DNA of 64,000 bases, from assembly GCA_964035545.1 (NCBI GenBank), contig OZ037767.1:16799781-16863780 (forward strand). The letters are read 5' to 3'. Below, piece by piece: positions 62,461-64,000 of this stretch (positions are counted from its first letter, which is position 1; each line of letters begins with the position of its first letter). A model generated the notes under the pieces. It had not been told where the DNA came from and searched no databases. It was given only the letters and a program-made list of their open reading frames with translations. A program made the translations under genes and the position numbers. Source of the DNA: Bugula neritina. Lineage: Eukaryota > Animalia > Bryozoa.

Positions 62461-63475
62461 TGCAACTTGTCAACTATCAGAAAGAAGAAGAACAAGAAGG
62501 GCCAAAATTTATATCAAGAACCTCTCTTGCCACGACATGAAAAAACTCACTTCCCAGCTTGTTATCTATCCAGGTATTGCTGGTTTCATAAAATAGGGTC
62601 CCTATTTGAGCATCTAACACTAGCAAGCTAATCTCATGTTTTCATAAATTACAGAAGCTATTTCATGTGTTGTAGGGTATTTTTTTGCAAAATGTTTAAA
62701 ACTGTACCACTCTTTCTCTCTTAAATCATTTGCAGATGTGAAACACCTGCGAATTATATGACATGTTGACAAGCACAAGCCTTGTTTGTGGCCAAAGAAC
62801 CAAAGGTTTGACACACCGTGGAAGATTAAAGATAAGAGAAGATGATGTGTAAATGTCATAAAATGAAAAGTATCAGTTAACCATGTTTCAGTAACATCAT
62901 CTATTTCTAAGCAATGCATAGTAAGCAGTGTAAAGATAATCTATGCAAGTTTTAATATGTTTAATCAATGTGCTTATCGAAAACAAAGCACACTGGAAAT
63001 TCTTACTAGTGCTTTAAAATGGTAAGAGGTAAGTTTTGAAAGGAACTTCCCATTTTATATCATTCCCCTGCAAAAGATATTCCCAATATTACCAGTTGAC
63101 AAAGTATTCAAATTTTGTTGTTATTGCAGTCAAATTAAAGACTGGATTAAAGTGATTTGTATGACGCATGCATTTCGTTTATGCGAAATTACTTTTCATT
63201 TTTATACTTATGGTTGTAGTATACTTGTAAAAGTTTTTTATATTGCTTTGTGAATAGTGGTATTCATTTAAAGCCAATGCTTTTTGAACTAGTAAAATAA
63301 ACTTGGTAATAAATTAATCTTGTAAAAACCAATTATTTTGTTTTATTATGCAATCATTTGAATTGTTTGCTCCATTGTAGATGCGTTAATCTAAGTCCAA
63401 CTGTTGGGTCATATCACAGTAAAAAACTTAAATTTTTGTTTAAAAGTTCTTTATAATGTGCTAGATGTAGCACAA

Positions 63476-64000
63476 AGGTTTCTTGTTAGACGTGCACTGA
63501 TCAGGCGACCCAGCGCATCCAACTTCATAACTCTGAAAAAATCAACCCCTTGAAGAGATAAGAAAATTGTGCTGACAATGCACTGAGCTACCTGTCAGTT
63601 TACTGAGATGGTATACTGTTCTTGCAGTGAGACCTCGATCTTTTTTGGAGTGAAAACTAGCTCTGAGTTCATTTTAGTCCTTCCACAGAGAAAAAATTGC
63701 GCAGACCTAAGAGGACTCCATTCACCATTAGCCATGTACGCCAGGCTGCGCGAGAAATGGCAATAAAAGTTGTAGTGGCAAGTAGTTTTAGAGTTATATA
63801 ACACAATGCAGGGGTCATTCATCTTGTATTTTGTATATAGGTTATTTCTTGCATTCTGTATATAGGTCACATGTTGTATATAGGTCACATCTGCTTGCCA
63901 ATGTGGACGTCGAAGCAGGTGTTGAGGTTTATGTGCACATAATGACTACGATGTAATAAACCTATGGCTTCACATTTGATCTCGATTTGTCTGTAAGAAA
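63476..64000 (+). repeat. Recent direct duplication of 59178-59700 (runs off the window)
   Basis: High identity, near-perfect in the 3' half (e.g. gcgcagacctaagaggactccattcaccattagccatgtacgccaggctgcgcgagaaatgg). Confidence 0.95.

Overview
Intron-rich, AT-rich eukaryotic DNA, most likely from an invertebrate metazoan. Four host genes can be reconstructed by eye: the 3' part of BDP1 (+, to 3748), a secreted type-B carboxylesterase (-, 4744-10372), ERCC6L/PICH (+, 14139-28577) and TARBP1/TRM3 (+, ~30599-44038). They are followed by a young, full-length Ty3/Gypsy (Mag-like) LTR retrotransposon (46289-56325; 203-bp LTRs, GTAGC TSD, tRNA-Ser PBS). A 5'-truncated CR1/L2-group LINE interrupts its gag at codon 4-5. 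The element has gag and pol in one frame separated by a single UGA-CUA (candidate readthrough). It also has a non-env, triple zinc-knuckle/coiled-coil ORF in the env position, preceded by a splice acceptor. Introns carry several MITEs, a tRNA-derived SINE and many minisatellites. At least ten of these tandem repeats straddle exon-intron junctions and create runs of decoy splice sites (up to 16), and only the exon-proximal site gives the conserved protein. ERCC6L has five copies of its N-terminal TPR module. The last 7.5 kb is an unexplained mosaic of diverged duplications with conserved short cores. Exon coordinates and family calls come from reading and motif recognition; no database search was run.
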